Origin: Lytechinus pictus
Taxonomy: Eukaryota
Assembly: GCF_037042905.1 (NCBI RefSeq)
Contig: NC_087245.1
Coordinates: forward strand, 7,132,001 to 7,196,000
DNA length: 64,000 nucleotides
Direction: 5' to 3'
A model generated the notes under the pieces. That model saw only the letters and a list, made by a program, of their open reading frames with translations. It made no database searches and was not told where the DNA came from. A program made the translations under genes and the position numbers. Shown piece by piece: positions 12,004 through 25,151 of this stretch (its first letter is position 1; each line of letters starts with the position of its first letter).

Positions 12004-13793
12004 TACTCAACACAAATGTAAGTCCCCCTAAATCAAAATGCTGTAACTTTTGAACGGAATGGTTTTGAGATAATATTTCTTAGGTGGTTTTTTACACTCA
12101 TTAAGCAACTCCTGGGAAAAATGAGATTCCATCGGTTGAGTCATGCATGAGTAATCAAAGATTGAATTAAAAATGACAATTTTTGACGCTCACAAGAGTA
12201 GTTTTTCAGATTGTGTAAATACAAAGTTGGGCGGAGGTTGTTTTGGTATATTTTATGGTGCTAATAATGCTGTTTTACTATCCATGATTTAGCTACTCCA
12301 CACACAATTTTGATAAAATGTGTTCATGGTTGATTGAGCACATTAATGTTTTTGTGATATATCATCATAGGGGTCTATGGTAGTATCCTCTTTAACTAAA
12401 AAAAAAACATGTTGAAATTAGAAAATGTTAGTTGCTTCCCTCCCCCAATATCTCGGTGCCCCTCCCCATTTTCAAATTTTTGGATCCACCACTAATTTTC
12501 CATAAATTCAACCGATCCTGAGAAATTGTTAGGAAAAGAATGCATTTATGCAGTATAAAGACTATTCTTTTGTACACTCTTAAAGTGTTGGGCAACATAC
12601 TGTCCACACAACAATTGGTTAAAAAATTATCCAACTCTGGGTAGTTTTCAATCAATCAAAGTTTTAACCAATTGTGTGGACAGTATGTTGCCCAACATTT
12701 TTAAGAGTGTAAATTTTCAAGTGTGCTCGTTCAACTATGAAAATGTAAATAGTTCAAAAAGTGTGTGGGGATAAAAAAATAATGGATGATAAAGATAGCA
12801 ATTAAGTGACATTCAAAAAAAGGAATTTGCCCTCATTATTCATTTTATAACCCCTCAAAATGAGTATGTGACACTGAAAATACCCTTTTCCCCTTTTGAT
12901 ATGTGCTCACTCATCCATGACTAAACAAATCGATTTCATTTTTGCACAGAATTCTGCCCATAGGTTGATAAACATTACTGCAAAATGACATTGCTAAAGA
13001 CAGTTTTGAAAAAAAGTTCCACAATATTGAATAAGGGGTTACTTATTCTTAAACATATATGCACCCATAGTGTACGCAGTGTCTATGAGAGAGGAAATCA
13101 AAATTGTAAACAAAAGTGAAATGAGGGTTTGTTTCATGTACGATTTTTGTTACTTCTGCCAACAATTTTTTCATAAACCTTCGCACATAACTTCAGAGTG
13201 ACACTATCCGAAAGGCGCGCACACCAAAATAATCATTTGATACGGCACAGAGTGGGTCCAAGTCCTTGAACTTTCTTCTTATTTGCATAATTTCCGAATA
13301 TTGTGCTAACTGAAACACTAGACATCGGGATTTTCATAAGAAATCAAATCAAATGAACCATGCAAGTAGGTAAGTGACATATATCCATAGTAAGCAATTC
13401 CATTTTGTTCCAATAACGTAAAAAAGAGCTACTCACATTCCTCATGTTCATTCAAGCGTGAATGTTTAATTAGTTAGCAAAATGATTTTATCGTCTTTTA
13501 GAAAGTATCTTTTACATGCTGCCATCTGAACATTTTTCACGATGAGAATGTCGAATTCGTTCCGATAAAATGGAATCAATGTCATGATGTAAGGCTTGGG
13601 ATTTTAAAAAAGTGACTAGTATGCCTCTGTCGGTGCTTACTGGAGCATGACATAAAATATTTCTGGTTCATTAACTCAGAGGGTATCTTTTAAAATTACC
13701 TACACGCTCATGCAAAAAGATCTTTAAAATTCCTCTTGGTTAAAAAATTACGGATTTTTGTTTAAGGGGGGATTTACTTGTTTGTTGTGTGTA
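12004..13793. mobile_element. Tc1/mariner-type non-autonomous element (TIR approx. TACACAACAAAAAAAGTAAGTCCCCC, TA flanks)
   Basis: TACTCAACACAAATGTAAGTCCCCCT at left, AGGGGGGATTTACTTGTTTGTTGTGTGTA at right; right part repeated at about 47040-47692. Confidence 0.7.
12575..12709. mobile_element. 135-bp palindromic MITE (CACTC...GAGTG termini, TA flanks) nested in the previous element
   Basis: About 45-bp inverted arms CACTCTTAAAGTGTTGGGCAACATACTGTCCACAC / GTGTGGACAGTATGTTGCCCAACATTTTTAAGAGTG. Confidence 0.75.
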
Positions 13794-14068
13794 TATATAT
13801 ATATATATTATGTGTGTGTGTGTGTGAGGGTGGGTGAGGGTGTATGTGTGTGTGTGTGGGTGAGTGTTTGTTTATCTAGAAAATATTTTGAACAAACAAT
13901 ACGTTGATGTTGCTGGCTTTCCATAGTTGTGGTTGATCGGATCAATTGTGACTATTTATTAAGACGGGGGCCCAGCTCTTTTTTCTTCCCTCCTTCGTCC
14001 CTTTTCTCTCTTTGTTTTCACTATTTGAAAAATTCCAGCCGGGGAATTCACTCACCCCCCCCTTAGAG

Positions 14069-15675
14069 CAGCGGCGTAAAAACAGGGGTCAGTGGCCAGG
14101 GGGGGCAAGAGCCAAAAATGTCCCGGTCATATCAATGGAACAGGCAATGGCGTCATAAGGCAAAAATTTTGAGGGGGCGATATAGCGTATCGGGCAAATA
14201 TATATATATATATATATATATAAATGCGAGCGAGCGAAGCGAGCGAGCAAAATTTTTTGACATTTTTATTGCAAAAATCCAATTTTGTGATAGATTTTGA
14301 CATAATGTTAAAAAGATGATATCATATTTCACCCTCCTCTCTTTCCTTTTTTCTCTCTTTTTTTGTATATACGCCACGGTGAACAGGATTTTTGTTATGG
14401 TTGTGAGCATCAGGGCGAAGCTCTATATGCTCGAGGGGGCCCAGTATGGCGCTTGTTGCAAGAAGTAGCTTAATATAGGTCCCGTGTGAGCGAAGCGAGC
14501 GAGATAAAAAACCACCTTTTCATTAGAATCTAACATGAAGATAGATTTTAACGTGATATTCAGAAAAATATAATACACTTCCCTTTCTTTCCTAATTTTT
14601 TGTTGCTTGGTTGTAGATTTTTGGGAGGCCAAGGTCCAAACTCATCCATATACATGTAACAGTGCTTTATGGGTGGGGTCCAGGTCAGAGCCCCGGAATC
14701 TCTTGATATTAAAGCCATTTTAAACCTTACAGATGGCCACTTATTTTAATCAAATTGCGTGTATATTTATATAGCTTTCACACAACACATAAATTCAGTG
14801 CAGTTGTGTATCGTAATCATCCAAATATTGTGAGGGGCACACCATATAGAAAATGTGGGAAAATTTGTAAAAAGTCGCCAGCGAGCGAAGCGAGCCAGAA
14901 AGAAAAATGGCCCGTTAAAATGAAATTCTAATTATGTGATAGATTTTTACATCATAGCAAATATCATGTCATATATTTTTTTCATTCATGTCATTTCGCT
15001 GCCTCCTTTATTTTCTTTTAATTCCCCTTGGCTGTGGAACCACCCCTCCCCCGTACGCCAGTGCTTCAACGCAAAGCTTAATGCAGGAAGGGTCCATATA
15101 GGGGCCCGTTATACATGTAGAACCCATTAAAGGTTACAGATGAAGAGCCCCCACTGCACGGGGTCTTGACTCTTGGACAGAGACCCCGGTAGCTTTGGAG
15201 ATTTTGCAAGTTTATGATAGAATTTCATATGACATGTACGACATTATGCTATGTACCATCCATCTTTCTTCCCGCTCGTTATCTTCAATCCTCGGCAGCC
15301 CGGTAGTGTACGTTATCTTGTCCCTTTTCTTTATTTTCCAATTTAGATTTTGGCTAATTCCATTCTGCCTTCATTTCCCGCTTTTGTTTGCCTTTTTGTC
15401 ATCTTTAATTTATTTCCCTGTGTTACTGATCATGCTATGTATTTGTATATCGGGGGGAATTGTTTTTTTCTGACTCGTTCTCCTTATCTTCCTTTTCCCC
15501 GTTTTCCCTTTTTTTCTTAGTTTTCTTTTCCCTTTCCTTTTCCCCCTTTCCTTTTTTTTTCCTTTCCCTTTCCCTTTCTTCCCCCTCTTTTTTTATTTTT
15601 CCCGTTTTTTTTTTCCCGGTGAGCTCCGCCAGGGGGGCAGCTTGCCCCCCCTGCCCCCCGCCTGTTACGCCACTG
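14069..15675. mobile_element. hAT-type non-autonomous element
   Basis: TIR CAGCGGCGTAA / TTACGCCACTG; 8-bp TSD CCTTAGAG (14061-14068, 15676-15683). Confidence 0.85.
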
Positions 15676-16620
15676 CCTTAGAGGTGCCCCTGCAATTCAC
15701 TATGAAAAACCAAAGGTCCAATACATCCCATAATTAAATCTTTCACAGGCCGTTGTACTTGGGAAATACATGTAAAATGTCCGCCCTTGACAAACTGATT
15801 TTTTTTTGCCCGAGAAATACAACTAAAATAAGACTTACTATTAGTTATATTGCGCTTCACCCATTTGGCCCCAAACAATTAGGCTTATATATTATTCTTA
15901 GTTACATTAATAATTCAAATGAAACCTATTATTAATAACATTTATGTAAAGATGTCATTATATCATTCACAATCACATAATACTATAATGATGTTTAACG
16001 TTACTTACCAAAAATCATGATCAAGCGTATCATGATGGACCAATATAATATGTAGTTCTTCTTATTCCTTTAGTAAAAAAAATAATGCAACTGCATATAA
16101 TACCAAAAAAGGTCGAAGTAAAAGTTGTATTCTTTGGCTTCTAAGCGCTTCACGGCTAGAACACACATCACATGGGTATGTGATGTGGTTCTGTTTCGAA
16201 TTCGTTTGAAATTATTTTGAGTCGATGTAGATTATTGGCACGTATTACTCCATGTTACTGTCCATGTACAGCATCATACCAGGAAGTTCGAACAATATGA
16301 GAGTCTGTAATCGTGACGTCATTAAGTCAGCTCAAGTTATTATGGTCGTTTCATCATGACAAATTATTTATGGGGAATCCCCCGCATTAGTTACTAAGAT
16401 GTTGTTGCATGTATTTCCTTTCTTAAATGAGAAAGAGAATATGATATTGGATTCTGTCTCAAACACAAACGCACTTAATCATACAAACGTGAGCCCTTGC
16501 GCACATTCACACACACACACACACACACATTAAGCACTCGTACCCGCCCGTCCCTCCTCTTCCTTTTCTTTTTCTTCTTCTCATCTTTTTCCTTTTTTTT
16601 CTTCTTCTTCTCCTCCTACT

Positions 16621-17931
16621 CAGTGGCGTAGCTACGGGGGGGCCTGGGGGGGCACGTGCCCCCCCTGAGATTTGGTGTGCCCCCCCAGGTGCCCCCCCTG
16701 AAAAAATTGGCAGAGCAAAAAAAGAAAAAAGGGAGAAAGAAGAAAAGAAAAAATGAAAAGAAGAAAGGCAGAAGAAAAAAAAGAACTGAAGAGGAAAATA
16801 AGAGGAAGACGAGAGAATGAAATAATGTGAAGGGAAGACTTGCAACAACAAAAAAATATTTCATATTACTATATAAAACTTTTGCTTGCGCTTCGCGCCA
16901 GAATTGCCTGTTCGATGAGATTCATATCTTGTTCAATAGGCTAATATGGAGCAAGTTTTGAAGTCAATATACAAAATATATTTTAGCTCGGACATCGAGC
17001 TTTCATCAATTTTTTAAATGTCCCTTTTATAGTCTACATATCAGCATTTTTAAGCTCACGCTGCGTGGTCAAATTGTTTGATATTGTCTACGTGTATTCC
17101 ATAATGTTCCATTAAACAAATGTATTCAGACTGCCCAGATTCTAGGTCTAAATCTAAAACATGCGCGATAGCCTGCATGTTTTTTATACTAAATGTACTT
17201 AAATTATCCAGTTTCACATCAGAATATCAATAATATTGTCTGCTCACGCTTCACGATCGCATTATTAATGATACCTAATTAACTATATCCTATTTATGAT
17301 TTACAAAATATGAATAGAGTGTCCCGCTTTTAGGTCTAAAATCTCAATTTTCTCCCTCTCGCGCTTCGCGCTCGCATCAATTGTTTAGTTACATACCTAT
17401 CCCATTTATTAATACAAAAAGTGCTTAGAATGACAATTTTTTAGGTCGGAATGTCAAAAAAAATTGCTCGCGCTTTGCGCTCGCATTATTGAAATATATA
17501 CCGTCTTCGTGGGTAACTGTAAGCAGTCCTTAACAGGTCCCTTTTCGATAATGCTAGAACAGTTAATAAAAATTTCTGCTCGCGCTTGGCGTTCGCAGTA
17601 ACCATCTAGTTACATACGAATCTTGTTCAGGATCACACATAACATTGCCCAGAATATTAAATTTTCAGGACAAAATACATGAAAGTAACCCAAAAAAAAT
17701 CACTCGCGCTTCGCGCTCGCACTTTTTATAAGGCTTATGAGATTATTTCAAGTTATGTTGTTACGGGGGAAATATAGGTGAAGATAATTTCGGGCCCCGT
17801 CCCCTATTGGCGAAAGTCGGATCTGCCCTTGTGACACATACAAACACAACGAAAAAAAATGGTGCCCCCCCTGAAAAAGCAAGGACCCCCCAGTGCCCCC
17901 CCCCCAGGAAAAAATCCTAGCTACGCCACTG
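16621..17931. mobile_element. hAT-type MITE related internally to family A, inserted in a pyrimidine-rich microsatellite
   Basis: TIR CAGTGGCGTAGCTA / TAGCTACGCCACTG; TCCTACT on both sides, offset by an extra CAG on the right. Confidence 0.8.
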
Positions 17932-17939
17932 CAGTCCTA

Positions 17940-18655
17940 CTTCTTCTTTTCCTCCTCCTCCTTCTCCTTCGTCTTCTTTTTCTTTTTCTTCTTTCTTCTT
18001 CTCATCTTTTTCCTTTTTTCTTCTTCTTCTCCTCCTTCTTCTTCTCCTCCTCCTTCTCCTTCGTCTTCTTTTTCTACTTCTTTTTTTTTTATTGTTCTTC
18101 TTCTTCTTCTTCTTATCACTCTTCTTCTCCTCCTTCCCCTTCTTCTTCTTCTTCTCCTCCTTCCCCTTCTTCTTCTTCTCCTCCTTCCCCTTCTTCTTCT
18201 TCTTCTTCTCCCCCTCCTTCCCCTTCCCCTTCTTCTTTTTCTGTGTAGGGTGCTTCCTTCTATCCTGAAGATTCTTGCAGAACTTGGTGGAGTGTGTGTC
18301 AGTGATAGTGCATTTGCCTACGAAAACAGGTAGAGATCTATTAAACTGTTACCACCTTTCGTCAGTTGCAGGCAAAAGTCTTTGGTTGATTGTGCTGAAC
18401 ATTATTTACTGGGAGAGTGTTCCACATCTTGATGGTTCTGGGGAAGAAGGAGCATTGATGTTGTTGGGTCCGTGATTGTGGCATGAGATATCCCCGAGTG
18501 CGAACAGCTCTTGTTGATCTAGAGGAATTGACGATGAATGCATCAGAATCGGATCAGAGTGCACCAGAGATGACTAAGACCAAGCTGATAGTGCATCTTT
18601 TAGAACATCATAAGGCGACAGTTTTTATTCTTCGTTGTAAAAGGGATGGCCATTC
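17940..18655 (-). mobile_element. CR1-group LINE 3' fragment with expanded (GAA)n-type tail
   Basis: Minus strand of about 18380-18460 reads HQCSFFPRTIKMWNTLP, the same C-terminal motif type as the LINE at 1-2609; TTC/CTC low-complexity tract 17940-18240. Confidence 0.65.
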
Positions 18656-19829
18656 CCCGGGGGGGGGGGGGGGCTACTAAGTATGTATTATGCGTATGAA
18701 CCCGCGGTCAAGACCCCCATTTTCAACCTCAATTTCCGTTCCAGAGCATCACCAAATTAGAAAGCCATAGAAATTCCTATTTTCCTCCGTTCCAGAGACC
18801 CTCGAATTTGTGGTTTCTTGTTCCAGTGCGCGCCCATCATGAACTACTTAACCGGTTGGGGCGGCGAGCTCGATTGGCGCAATGAGTCATGTTATATAGT
18901 CATATATAGTATAAATACATGATACGTATGTGCCGCTATCGAGACCCCCATTTTCAGCCTAAATTTCCGTTCCAGAGCATCATTAATTTAGAAAGGCCTA
19001 CGTGAGTGATCCGGAGACCCCATAATTTGATGTGGTCAGTTCCAAAGGATTTCATTTTCAGCAATATTGATGATCCAAGAGCCGTTCCGGAGACCCGCAT
19101 TTTAGGACCAAGATTTAGTTCCAGAACCCCCGATCCCCGCGTTTGGCGCGGCACATAGGTATCATGTTATAATTCGAATAGTCCCATTCTATCTCCTACA
19201 GAATCGATGACAAACTGATCTTGATGTAGGCCTATACGATATCGATTCCTCGATCAGCTCAAGCTGATATTTGTCTAACTAGGTTTTTGAGGGTCTACGG
19301 TCCTAACCAAAAATCGAAGTTTTAAGTACTTCTTAACTCTATTCTTAAAAAAGATAATGAAATGTTTAATATAGGCCTATACTGACCTAAAATGGGGATC
19401 TTTTAGGACGTTTGTAGTGCCATAAGGAGAATACATATCTCGCCAATCAACGTTGCGAGCGCAAAAAGCAAGCTGAAATTTTTTGAGATTCCGACTTTGC
19501 GCTCGCATTGCCTGGTAAAATAAGATACATGTCCTGTAATGGCCATACACATGATCTTTTTTCATGGGGGAGGGGGGGGGGGAGACAGAACGCGTAAAAT
19601 GATTTGCAAAAAAAAACTCAAAAGCGAGGGACCGAAGCAACAGAGCTTGACATTTGGGCTTTTGCATTTCCTCATACAGTGGAATTAAAAGATTTCCTAC
19701 ACACTTTCTGTAAATATTTTTTGAATTTCAGTAAAAAATGTAGGCTTATACTATTTTAACATTTCTATGAGGCAATTGCCCCCCTGCCCCATTTCCCATG
19801 CGTACGACCATGTGCCCTGTCCAAAAGGA

Positions 19830-20131
19830 TGATAGTAATAATGATAATGATAAGTGGCATTTATACAGCGCTTTATATCAATCTACGACTGTTTAAAGCG
19901 CTTCACAATCATTATTACCCGGTCATGCCGGTCACTGGATTCATGACTTTTCTAGCAGCCTGTTAGGCGCACTCTTGCTAAACCAACCACAATGACGGTC
20001 GTTTCGTACCGGTACCCAATTAGCACCTGGGTGAGAATGACAAAGTGTGGACTAAAGCCGGCCATGGTGGGATTCGAACACACGACCCTCTGATTACAAG
20101 GCGAGAGTCAGAACCGCTACACCACGGCGCT
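19830..20131 (-). mobile_element. tRNA-derived SINE, second copy
   Basis: High similarity to 7802-8121 with a small internal deletion. Confidence 0.85.
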
Positions 20132-21086
20132 TCTACATTTAAAGGAAGGATTACACGGGGTGGAAAATATCGCGTAGATAATACAAAAAATATTAAGCTC
20201 GAGATTCGAGTTTTCAGATTTTTTGTTTATTGTTTAGCTGGATAAGCATCCTTTTTACGATTACAGAAAGGCGTTGAATAAATTATCAGCTCGCGCTACG
20301 CGCTCGCTTTGTTTGATTAGTGCGTTCTGTATCCTCTCTATAGATCCCACAAACATTCCTTTAAATGTTTGTTTTTCAGGTTAGTATATCTTTTTTTTCA
20401 AACCTGCATTCGCATTGCATAGTTAGATATGTATTCTGTTCAAGACAACAAAAAATATTTACAATGTCCAATTCAGGGGCTAAATTACCCCCCCCAAAAA
20501 AAAAAAAAAAAAAAAATGAATAAAAATAAAATGAAATGATAATAATAAGAAAAACAACTAAAAAAATGAAAACATAAAATAAAGAATTAATAAAAAAATA
20601 TATTTAAGAATAAAAATAATAATGAATATTCTTACCTTTTTAATGAGTCCCTGCAAAGAGTATTAAAATAAAGGTTCATTATCAGGGCATTATAAAAATT
20701 TCAGCTCGCGCTTCACGCTCGCAATAATTTAGATACGATTCGTATTCATGATTACAAATATTGAAAGTGTTTAATTTTCAGGACTAAATATCATGGAATA
20801 AAAAAAAAATCTTGTCGTGCATAGAGCTCGCATTATTTATTTTTACGGCCTTATCAGATATCTCATCGTGATTTGTGAGAATAAGGCCGAAACTAATTTG
20901 GTACCCCCTACAACAGTGCTTCTCAACATTTTTTTACTCGAGGACCACTTTGACTCTCAGATTTTTTTTCGAGGCCCACCTACCAAACTAAAAAAAAAAA
21001 AAGGATATGACTACTTGTCTCGACTCAAAGATTGCCTCGACATTTATAAAGAGCATATTAGTGCGTAACTTTATGATCTTCTGCTG

Positions 21087-21369
21087 CAGTGGCGTAATGA
21101 GCCAAAAAAATGAGGGGGTTTGATGTGGCGTATTACCTACAATTGATAAAATGTTGCAAGCAAGCATGGCGAGCAAGCAAAATTTTCGAAATTTTTATTA
21201 CAAAAATCCAAGTTTGTGATAGATTTTGACACCGTATTCAAAATATAATATCATATTTCACCCTTATCCCTTTTCTTTTATTTTCTTTTCTTTCCTTCTC
21301 TCTTTTTTTTTCTTGGTCATGAAATATCTGGGGCCAAGAGCCCCCCCCCCCCCCATCTGTGCGCAAGCG
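21087..21369. mobile_element. Short hAT-type MITE nested in the Charlie-type element
   Basis: Starts CAGTGGCGTA; 8-bp TSD TTCTGCTG (21079-21086, 21370-21377). Confidence 0.7.
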
Positions 21370-21404
21370 TTCTGCTGTGAATTAAATCCAGCCTTTTTCC
21401 TCTC

Positions 21405-22348
21405 GAAATTAACTTGGAAAGAACATATTAACAGCGTGTCTTGTAAAGTAGTAAAAACATTAGGTGTCATGAATAGACTTAAACTTATATTACCTTTGAA
21501 TATCCTTCTTAATCTGTATTATACAATGATTTTACCACATTTTAACTATTGTAATATTGTTTGGGGAAATTGTTCTGATTGCCATCTGAGTAGATTAAGA
21601 ATACTTCAAAAACGTGCAATAAGAATTATCACAAACTCTAACCCTCGTACACATACAGCACCATTTTTTGCCAAATATAAAATACTCACTATAGATCAAA
21701 TTAATAATCAACAAACTGCTATATTTATGTATTCTTATTACAATAATCTCTTGCCAAACTTTCTTAATAAATGTTTTGTACAAAATAAATCACTTACTGG
21801 TCGTCTAACCAGACAAGCGAATGATCTCTTTATTCCAAATTTCAAATACACATTTTCACGAAACACTATTCAATATGTCGGACCCAAACTTTGGAATTCT
21901 TTATCAAATGAACTCAAACATTCCCCCACACTCCTGTCTTTCAAACGGAAATATAAATTTTACCTTCTTACTCCTTAATGTAGTTTTATATTTGCCTCTC
22001 CCCCTTTATTCGTATTTTACTTTCTCTTGCTTTGTCTGGGGTTTTGAGGTCTAGTATCTTTTTTCTTTTTTTATCCATATGTAATTTGTGTATTCCATTT
22101 ATTTCTTTCATTGGGGATTGACCTTGATAGATCAATATGGCCTTTGTCAATCCCCTCCACATTTTGATTATTCTATGTCTTTTTTATGTAATATATTGTA
22201 ACTTTTTATATTTGTATTGTTTATTATCTATGTATGTATTCAATTGTAATTATATTGCATGTTTTTTATTCAATTGTAATTATATTGCATGTTTTTTACT
22301 CAATATGTGGAAAATAAATTGAATTGAATTGAATTGAATTGAATTGAA
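21405..22348 (+). mobile_element. 5'-truncated L2-group LINE (RT C-terminal region, 3' UTR stem-loop, (TTGAA)n tail)
   Basis: KLTWKEHI...LYYTMILPHFNYCNIVWG...LQKRAIRII...GPKLWNSL; GGGGATTGAC...GTCAATCCCC hairpin near 22113-22155; tail 22319-22348. Confidence 0.85.
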
Positions 22349-23199
22349 ACACTCTTTTGGCTTTCCTGCACTCTTTGGATGTTTTTTTTGTTTAGGTGTC
22401 TCTGATATGAAGCTCTGACGGTTTAAGCGCCTTATTTCACAATAACTTCAGCACATTCGACACACATTGCTTTTGGTTTTGCATCACTGCGCAGTTATGA
22501 TCAATCCAAATATAATGTATTCAGGGTCATATTTTCTTATAGTTACCATCTGAGACTTTTCAACAGTACATTTGTTTCCTCCCTCACCATTTCGCTTTAA
22601 AACACGGTCCATTTGGATGAAAGTATGTTTCGTGAAATTTTAATATAAAGCCCTTAAGCACATTCGAAGCAGTCAGTTTGAGAAAAAATGCATTTGCAAA
22701 GGTCCGGTGAATGGCCAATACATCCTCAATATGCATGCAAATGAGGCCTGAGGTTCACATCAAAGTTAGATCGAATCATACAATGTGTATGTATATCACA
22801 ACAGGCTACCTAGAGGCGTGCCTTTAGCTTTGTTTGACCCACGGAGACCGATCAAACATACCATTTTCGGACATTAAATAGAACATGTTAAATATACCAT
22901 AATTTCCCCCCTATTTTTTTCTTCTCTGGAGCTTCTCGCGGCCCACTTGAGAGAGGTTCGCGGCCCACCGGTTGAGAAGCGCTGCCCTACAACATATGCC
23001 ATGTATTCCATTTGGTATATGAAATTTTTTTAACCACGTACTCAAGATTCTGGGTCCTTACCACAGCAAGATAACACATTCATGATCTCCTGTACTCGCA
23101 TTGCTGAGTGCAGTGAGGAGCTCGGTCGGGACAATTTTCCAGGCCCTGTTACAACCGATAATGACCCATGGCTACGATACCTAATGATTGTTAGCCGAA

Positions 23200-23545
23200 A
23201 TGGGTTTAGACAAAGTGATAGCGAACCAACTGAAGTTAGACCAAATGGAACATGGACAAAATGAGAGTAGACCAAGTGTTTATTAGACCAATTGGCTATT
23301 AGGTCAAAAGGTAATAGAGTAATGATATTGGACAAAGCGGATATTGGACCAATTGAAAAAAAAGTACAATTAGACCAAATGATAATAAACAAAACGGCTA
23401 TTAGACCAACTGGCTATTAGACGAGATGGTAATTAGACGAAATGGTTATTGGACTATGTTGATTGTTGACTAACTAATGGTATACGAAATGATATCAGAC
23501 CATACGATAGTGGGGAAAAGGCAGTAGACGAAATGGCAATAAACC
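23200..23545. repeat. Degenerate minisatellite of about 15-bp TAGACCAAATGG-like units
   Basis: Recurrent TAGACCAA/TAGACGAA/TGGAC words at regular spacing; similar words near 38780-38840. Confidence 0.65.
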
Positions 23546-23760
23546 GATAAATATCCATTCAAAGAGTAATCCTGATTTCCAAATCATTTAATTCTCTTTC
23601 TCGTGTCTCAAAATACTTAGTGAAAGCATATTTTATATCTTGTCTGTAGCTCGAGTACTTAAGAAAATACCGCTGCGACATTATGCGTTGCAACATGTGA
23701 CGTTATGCACCAATAATCCACATTAAATGCAATATCGATTCGATGGACTGTAATGATCTA

Positions 23761-25151
23761 CAGTGAGTATCAAAAAAAGTTTACACTTTGAAAAAGCCCT
23801 GGGAATTAAAAAATATACATCATGTGGGTAATTTTTTCACATATAATCTTGGGTTTGGGTCTCATCTATCCATCTATATAATGTCATGTTTAGGAACATC
23901 TTGTAGAACGTTGTCGAGCATCTGATAGAATTCATCCTTGTCTATATCTGGTTTAACATTTGTTGGAGTATAAAATTGGATGAAAGTATATTTGGCATGT
24001 GAAGATTGCAGACAGTCAATAATTATCCTGTCAGATATAGGTTCCCACCTCAATTCAGATATTCCTAGTATATCTAAGTTGTAGTTGTCCATTTCACTTA
24101 TAGCTTGTTCCAGTTTCCCTGATTCTCTTAATGTTTTAACATTCCAAGTCCCAATTGACGTTACACTTTTGGCCGATGAGGGTCCGACCCTTCATGCAGT
24201 CAGGTCCCAGATTGGTAGTGGTTCCTGTGGGTTCCTTTCGGCTTTTTCCACCCGCAGTCATCTGTGCGTCGGAATGAAAGTAAAAGTTTTGACGGAATGT
24301 TACACTTGAGTGAGCACTGTCCATTTTTGTAAAGCTCGCAGAAATTTGTTTGCGCAGAAATGCTTGTTTTCACCGCTGTGTCAAGGGGAAAGGGCAAAAT
24401 CAAACTTACCCTGCGAAACATTTCTCATACATTTCCCTTGCACTTTTAGTCAATTGAAATAAAACGGATACATTCAAGCATTTTGTAACAATTTTGCCAC
24501 CCAAATTGAAATTTCAACACTTAGTAAGCACAACCTTTACCCTTTTTGTGCCAGCTGGATCTGAGGACATAACTGAATCTCAGAACAAAAGTTTATATCA
24601 GACATCTCCAGCATTTTTTCACTAAGTTTTTATCATTTAAAGTGGGTTTACATTTCATTTTTCATTTAATACTTGTTTCTCCACACTTTTCCCAAGCTTG
24701 ACAATATGATTAACAAAATGAAAATCAAGCCTAAGCCATTTCGTGTAAATCACAGCTCAGTGTAAAGCAAATATCGTCACGATGGCCTCGGTGTGTGGGG
24801 GAGTGGGGTGGGGTGAAATGCACTTTTTGAAGTGTTTTGGGCAAAGAAACAAGTCAAGAAAGGTAAAAGATATCTTCAAATCAATTTTACTAGCTAAATT
24901 CCACGTGTTCTTCATGATTAAGGTCTACTTTTATTCGCATAAGTATTTCAAAGTTCTGCGCAAATCATTTTTCACTAACTTTTCAAAAGTAAGTGGTGCT
25001 CACTCAAGCAGAAATATTTTTCGACAGCTTATCGTCATTTGCTTGAATGGATCTGTACCAATGTTAAAATGTGGAAAAATCTTCAGGATATTACAAATGT
25101 ATAATTTTACAGGATTTTTTCAAAGTGTAAACTTTTTTTTGATACGCACTG
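23761..25151. mobile_element. Tc1/mariner-type non-autonomous element containing a 399-bp foreign insert
   Basis: About 35-bp TIRs CAGTG(A/C)GTATCAAAAAAAGTTTACACTTTGAAAAA; TA on both sides. Confidence 0.85.
23876..24274 (-). repeat. Near-identical copy of 31037-31435 (RTE 5'/endonuclease fragment)
   Basis: 399 bp in both copies, four substitutions by eye, same internal deletion. Confidence 0.92.

Larger units (their letters stand above)
20914..22984. mobile_element. hAT-Charlie/Buster-type non-autonomous element carrying two nested insertions
   Basis: TIR CAGTGCTTCTCAAC / GTTGAGAAGCGCTG; 8-bp TSD CCCTACAA with central TA (20906-20913, 22985-22992). Confidence 0.85.

Noticed and set aside
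15460..18333. Phe/Ser/Leu- or Lys/Glu-rich ORFs (15460.., 16507.., 17859.., 17893.., 17937..)
   Set aside because: Low-complexity purine/pyrimidine tracts in MITE subtermini and a LINE tail.
21226..21978. 250-aa ORF as a host gene
   Set aside because: Chimera of MITE sequence read into a 5'-truncated L2-group RT C-terminus.
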